This document shows positions 57,838 through 64,000 of a stretch of 64,000 nucleotides of DNA, one piece after another (within the stretch, counting starts at the first letter, position 1; each line of letters starts with the position of its first letter). Below the pieces are notes generated by a model. That model saw only the letters and a program-made list of their open reading frames with translations. It did no database searches and was not told the DNA's origin. The stretch lies in NCBI GenBank assembly GCA_051294375.1, contig CM119271.1, positions 1,936,929 to 2,000,928 of the forward strand, given 5' to 3'. The DNA comes from Paraspadella gotoi. Lineage: Eukaryota; Animalia; Chaetognatha. The translations under genes were made by a program, and so were the position numbers.

Positions 57838-60800
57838 CTAGAGGAAATATATGTGGCGGGGGGTGAGAGAGAGGTGTGAGGAACTTAGGAGAGAGGAAAG
57901 ATAAGAAGACAAATGAAAATAGAGAAGAGACAAGATAGGGAAAGAGAAAGAGAGAATGAGGAAGAAAGATAGAAAGAATACAGAGAATGAGATAGAAAAA
58001 GACTGTTTAAAATAGTACGTCGTTTTTTATCTCCCTTAAGAAAAAGGGTCATTCAAATCAACTTCAAAATAAGCCAAAATAGAGTACAAATTCAGAAAGC
58101 TGAGCTCCTGGCGATTCCGAAAATGTATGCATTCTACCCCATTTTATAACGGTTTTAATTATAAAAGCTTTCAGGGACCTGCTATGTCATTATCTTGTAA
58201 GAGTGATGGAGGCCTTAAACCACCAAAGCCTGTCCAAAGTCAGGGGCAAGATAGCTTATTTATTAAATGAATGGAAAATTTCTATATTGGTTGTACCAAT
58301 TTCATAAAATAAAAGAAACCTAATAATTTTAAGGTCAATCTCGTTTTGAACGGGTTTTTTGTCGTCCGGTCATTTGTTTTCCCGCTATTTTCTTTGGTCG
58401 TACTCAATTTTTTGAGAGATTGAACCAGAAGCTTTAGTTCTGTTTTAGACTCTAATAAAACGTGTGCCTGCTTTCGAACCCCGTTTTTACGTGTTTCCGG
58501 TGGATTAGAATATTTGTACAATAAAATTTCATTATTAAATACAACAAATTTCTTCTTCTTCGCGAAACCTACTTTGAGCAGTCGAAAGAGGCAACGTCTC
58601 GATGCTCGTCTCGCTAGCGTGAGAATAAAACATTCTTCACAAGGACTGAAAGGAAAGGAAAGGAAAGGAAAGGAAAGGAAAGGAAAAAAAAAAGAAAAAG
58701 CTGAAAGGCATATATTCAAATAAGAAAAGGGAAGTAGATTAAAAGAGACGCCACCCCAACAAAAAAAAAACAAAAAAGCCAAAAAGACCTGAACTAGAAA
58801 AAGAAATAAATTGGGAAAAGAGTCGCGCGCAATAAAAACAGAGGGAAAGTTAAAAAAAAGAAAAATCGTAGGAAAAGAGGAAGGTTCATGAATTGGAACG
58901 TTCGAAAGTTGGGGATGTAGAAGGGGGTGGAGGGTGGAAGGGGGACAAAATAAAAGGTTTACTATTTTTACAGGGAGGTCCAGCTCTTTTGGGAATAACC
59001 TCAAGTGCTTCCAGCACAGAAACGGTTAACGATAGAAGAAAAAAGGAACTATATTTAGAAATTTTTAAAAAAGATACTTAAAGACAAGACATACTCATTT
59101 TTTGTTTTTTTTTATTTTCTTAATGATTGATTTTGTTTTGAGTTTGTAATGAGTAAAAAAAGATGAGGAGCATATTCGGGCTTTTAAATCAGAAATAAAG
59201 GGATATTCGTAACTTGGAATTGACGGTTCTGTTAAGCAATCACAATCTCACTAATTAATGCTAAAATGGGTATCACAAGAAAGCCCATTAAAAATTAAAA
59301 TAATAATTATATTCTAATTCTATTTTATCGTTTCCTGCGATACTTTGACTGGGCCTCAAAAGAATATTTTTTTGTTACAGAATTATAAAATATATCATAG
59401 TATACAGTTTTTAAATGGTTTTAAAGCAATATCAGTATTCTTGTTATTTTGTGAAAGATTTTTATATAAATCATTCAGAAAGTAAGAAAAAAACTTTTTA
59501 TTCAAAAACATTAAGCTATCAAGCAGGGAGACCATTTTTTAAGCTATCTTTTACCTCTTCCTATTAAAGTAGAAGTAAACCAAAATAAATTATATCTTTA
59601 TAAAAGGTTAAAATCTCTTCACATTTTTGTTTGCTGAATTATTTCTAGCTGCGAGTTTCAAATGGTCACCATGTATTTTGTTTTGAATTTCTCGGAAATC
59701 TGGGATAAATCCCCTGGATTTTGATTGGATAAAATCAGGAAAAACACAAAACAAAAGTTAAAAAAAGTTTGGATATACTTGAGTTTATGGCGGCTACGAT
59801 TTAAGTGTTTTTATTAACATAATAAAATATCTATTGTATATATATAAATGCAGTAGATTATTAGGAAAGTTTTTTTTATAGAAATAATGCAAAGTACATT
59901 AAATAAACACGATAAACATCATAAACAGTAAACAATAAAATAAAATGGTTCATAATAATTTGATGTTAATTTATTAAGGGTAAGTTGAAAATTGATAGAG
60001 TCCCCTCTCTTTTTTTCCTCCCTATCAGATGAAAAGTCAAAAGAGGCAGTCCATCTTCGCTCAATATTATTCTCAATATTATTGAATTCTTTCGAAAATA
60101 TATATTATCAAAAACAAATGTATCTTTTAACTCAAAAGCCAAGGGAACCGTGGTCTGCGTTATTTTCGACGTCGTCGTCGTCGTCGTCGTCTTTGTCCTC
60201 GAAAGCCGAAAATACTCAAGTTTAAAAAAAAGAAAAGTAAAGACGAAAAAAAAAGAAGGAAGGAAGAAAAAAAAGAAAAGCAATGACAAAGTAAAGTGAA
60301 AGAAGAGCGAAAAAGAAAGGAAATGATGATGATGATGAGAAGGAGGAGGAGGAGGAGGAGGAGGAGGAGGAAGATTAGGGATGAAAATGAATAAGATGAA
60401 TAAGAAAAATAAAAGTAATGAAAGTAATGATTTGCGAAGTCCCGAAAATTCCCTCGGCTGAGATTGAAAGGCGGGAAAATTAAATGCGTGGGCGAAAAAC
60501 CTTTCCTAGTTTCGACACTTTTTTGTTTTTAATTATCTTTCCATTTGACCCATTTTGCATTTTCTATATTCTACTTATTTGTGTTAGTTTATGAAAATAC
60601 AGGGAAGTTCGAGACGTTGCGCCGAAGTGACTTTCTTGTCTAAATATGTACACGGTGCATACTGCATAGTTATATTGTATTTTAGCCTCATTACACGATT
60701 TCTTTTTTTTTTTTCTAAATCCCACAAGTGGAATCCTGATACCTATTTTTTCCGAGCTGTTCACAAATCACTTTTCACACCGAATCAAAAGTTCGGCCGT

Positions 60801-60908
60801 GACATCTTTGTCTCGCCTTTCCTTTTTGTTAACTTCCCCTTGAAAAACAATTTATTATTTTTTTAATGAATTATGTATATCTCTTAACTTCAACGAAAAC
60901 CTTCGAGA

Positions 60909-62419
60909 ATGCTCGTAGCGCTCTTCCTTCTTCTACCTTTCCTTCTCGCCGCTTACGTCGCTCACGTAGCTGCGATCTGGCGCCGCGACTTCCGATGGCG
61001 CGTGACCCGACGTCACTCAACCTCTCCGTCAAACCCGGACACGAAGCCCCTCTCTCTGCCCGGAACGTCTTCACGCCCCTCGATCCCGCTCGACGCTGAC
61101 CACGTCCGCTTGGGTTTCTTCGAATTCCTCTGGGCCTCTACCTTCGTGGGCCTCGTCGCCCGCTGCCAATGGACGCTGCGACTGGCGCGGCTCGCGCTGC
61201 GTCTCAACCTCGGCCGCCGCTGGGGCCGCTGGCCGACGAATCCCGATTACGACTCTCTCTGCGCCCAGTTGATTGTCGGGTGCAGCTTGGCGAGTCGAGT
61301 GATCCGAGTGGAGCGCGTCCAGGAAGACGATGCAGACGCCGTCGTCGCTGTCTTCCAAATACAGGATTTCAAACACATCGTCAACGAAGGCGACGGCGTC
61401 CGTCTCATCACGAGCGACTTGAGCATTCGAGTCCGGCTCAACCACGACCCCGTCGAGGGTCCTCAGCCGGACGGGCACGCCCTTCTCGATTGCCGACTCG
61501 GCGAGAGATTTCTCTCGGCCGAAGACGCTTTCCTTCTTCTCAACGCTCACATGATCTTTAACATTCACGTGAGAGTTCACGCGGCGAGCAATCACGCCGT
61601 CACGGTCGACGGGGACGACGAATTTCTCGCCCGCATGAACGTCTGCACGATCCTCTTCAACTACTACGGCTACACCGGATTTCTAAAGCAGCTCGAGGTT
61701 TTCGACCGAATGAGGGTCTTTTCTTTGCCGAACGGGGCTTCGGAGGCTGCCAGGTGGGGCTTTGTGGCTGGGTATACTTTTGTGGCCGGGTATGCTTTGT
61801 GATAAGGTATGCTTTGTGGCCGGGTATGCTATGGAGCAGGATATGCTTTTTAGCCGGGTATGCGATGTGGCCAAGATATAATAATCTCTCTCTCTCTCTC
61901 AGGTTATGGATGATCTCCTCTCTGACCTGCGGAGCGCCCTCGTTCGACGTCCCTCCGCAGTTGATCCCCTACTCGCCCTTCCTCGCCTTCGTTCGCCGAC
62001 TGAAGAGCGTCTTCAACCGTCGGTTCACCGACTTTCGGTCCACGTTCGCCGGCGTCGACGCGGAGGCGTTGTTCCTGGGGACGGCGATGCATTGTCTCGA
62101 CCATCATAGGGCCGGAGAGATTTACCAGGATCCGCTGCTCTTTCGGCTGCGAGAAGAGCTATGCGGCGGCGGCTGCAGCGACGGAGGCTGCAGCTGCAAC
62201 AGCGGGGACGGCAGCAGCGGCCGCGGCGCCGACGAATTCCGCCTCCTGCGCCGCCTGTGCCGCTTTATCCGCGCCGCTTTTATAGACGAATTGGACGGAT
62301 TTCCGTTTAGATTCAAATTCAAAGACGCGCCAATTTGTTTCTTTCGCGAGATCTACGAAGAGGCGCGGAAAGACAATCCCGTATGGGCGGAGGCGTTGGA
62401 TTGCTGCATCATTAGATGA
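60909..62419 (+). CDS. Two-exon gene for an uncharacterised 453-aa protein (exons 60909-61753, 61903-62419)
   Basis: GC-rich with strong codon bias. A phase-2 GT..AG intron (61754-61902, containing a short tandem repeat) joins the two ORFs in frame. Hydrophobic N-terminus, motifs HMIFNIHVRVHAASN and LFLGTAMHCLDHH, ends LDCCIIR*. Confidence 0.8.
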
Positions 62420-63173
62420 GGGGGGAAAAAAGCCGGGATTGGTAGAGAGAAGTTGCGATTTGAAGACAATTTAACTTTTTTTTATATAAACATTAAATTT
62501 TATTTGTGGCATTTAACTATGTTGCAGATTAAAGATGAATAGCCTTAGTCGACGGTGGCTTTCTTTAAATCTAGTTTTGTTATTCCATATTTACGTCTTA
62601 GAACTTCATGAAATGATTAACGATCATGTTTTTCCATCTTTTTTTGCGTTTTTAAGCAACACAATTTTTAAATCGTGCCCATTTTACATCATACAATTGT
62701 GACGGTATTTTTACGCTCGACATATTCTTAGTAATTTTGTGTCATACTAAGTTATTTCATTCTTTTACTTACAGTATGTAGGTAAATGTTTTTTTTTAAA
62801 TTTAATATCCCTCAATTCAATGGAATTAAATAATTACTTAATCACGTTATCACGTCATTGTTGTGACATTACTGTCATTGTCATATTTACCGCTAATAAA
62901 AAAACGCATGCATAGTATGCATTGCATACTTGTGCCCCAAAATATTCATTCGATGAGATCACGTGACTGCTCATTAAGGAATAAGCATCTCACGGTTCAC
63001 AACCTGTTAACCAAGTAGTATTCGAGAGGATAAAGTATTAGTCATGAGAAAGAATTCTTAATGCCATTTTATCGAATCCGTTCCTTCAGTCTTTTGAAAC
63101 TTTTCCATTTATCCTATCTTCATTCCTGCCAATTTTCTCAGTTTTCCACATCAACGGGACTTCCCCCAATCTT

Positions 63174-63710
63174 TTACTTTTCCGCTCGATTCCACTTGAA
63201 GAAAAAATGTCCTGATTAAGATTTTTTTTTTCGATCCAATTCTCCGCAATAAAACTTAAAAGAACTGATATACGACTTTCAAAATTTATCTGTAAAAGGG
63301 CACTATGTTACGAAATCGTCCTTTTTTTTTCATTATCCCGAGATGAATTTCAATTGAAATATTTTATTTTAATCTCTTACAAAATACTCGACTCGATCCC
63401 TCATTATTATTAATCCCTTTCGTTAATACCTAACCCTAGTGGTTAATCAAATTTCTAAATATATATTATATGCGTTAACATAAAATGGTGTTTTATTCGG
63501 TTACTCAGGAACGTTCCACTATTTTCAGGTTTTCTTCCTCACGCATCCCCGGTCGTTCCTCACGATAAATTTACCACGATTCTTGAATCCCGACCGCCCG
63601 ATTCGCTCACTCACCGTGTTCTACCACGCTTCCCGACATCTTTCCCGGTTTGCTCAACTCCAAAACGTATTCGTTCATGATGACCTTGAGCATGTCGTCT
63701 TCCGTCACGC
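63174..63710 (-). CDS. Probable last two coding exons (63710-63615, 63211-63174) of an unidentified gene entering from the right edge
   Basis: CCCAG/GTGAGT and ATCAG boundaries with a phase 1-1 join give VTEDDMLKVIMNEYVLELSKPGKMSGSVVEHGHFFFKWNRAEK*. Confidence 0.45.
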
Positions 63711-64000
63711 CTGGGAAAAAAAGCATGGAAAGGGTGAAACATGACGAAGGATTCGAGTATGTCGTCTTTCGTCATGCAAGGAAAAAATATTGGAGATGGC
63801 AAAACAAGTACGGGCAGGGAGAAAGTCGACTTTCGTCACACATTGGACGCGGGGGGGGGAAGATAAAAATAGTCTTCAGTAATGGCTGATTTAGAAAAAA
63901 GATGTGATATCATATGATATGATAAAATATGAAAACGATTAGACAATGTCTAATAGATATTGTCCAGGAGCGGAAGGACAAGTCACCCGTTGCTTCCCAT

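Overview
This is an AT-rich, microsatellite-dense animal (invertebrate-type) genomic scaffold with GT-AG introns, not a prokaryotic region. Most long ORFs in the track are translations of simple repeats. Genes reconstructed by splicing: a frameshifted annexin exon (1-268, +); the 3' end of an UNC13D/BAIAP3-like gene (3515-11485, +); ENOSF1 (28779-11910, -) with an intronic tRNA-Ser(TGA); an intronless, probably GPI-anchored ephrin (37552-38571, +); a ColQ-like collagen (41851-47628, +) with a truncated LINE in an intron; a 453-aa His-motif protein of unknown family (60909-62419, +); and two 3' exons of another gene at the right edge. The assembly is locally unreliable. It has four 25-N gaps and one 225-N gap, an indel-rich inverted copy at 18.3-24.2 kb, and a scrambled duplication of 36.9-47.8 kb in 47.8-59.3 kb that collapses to one ephrin/ColQ locus. 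The best unexplained signals are two GC-rich structured intronic elements (10831-11202 and 13841-14258), the ColQ-like gene, the degenerate C2B loop and the unknown His-motif gene. No complete novel system can be established from sequence alone. All homology calls come from remembered family motifs, not database searches.
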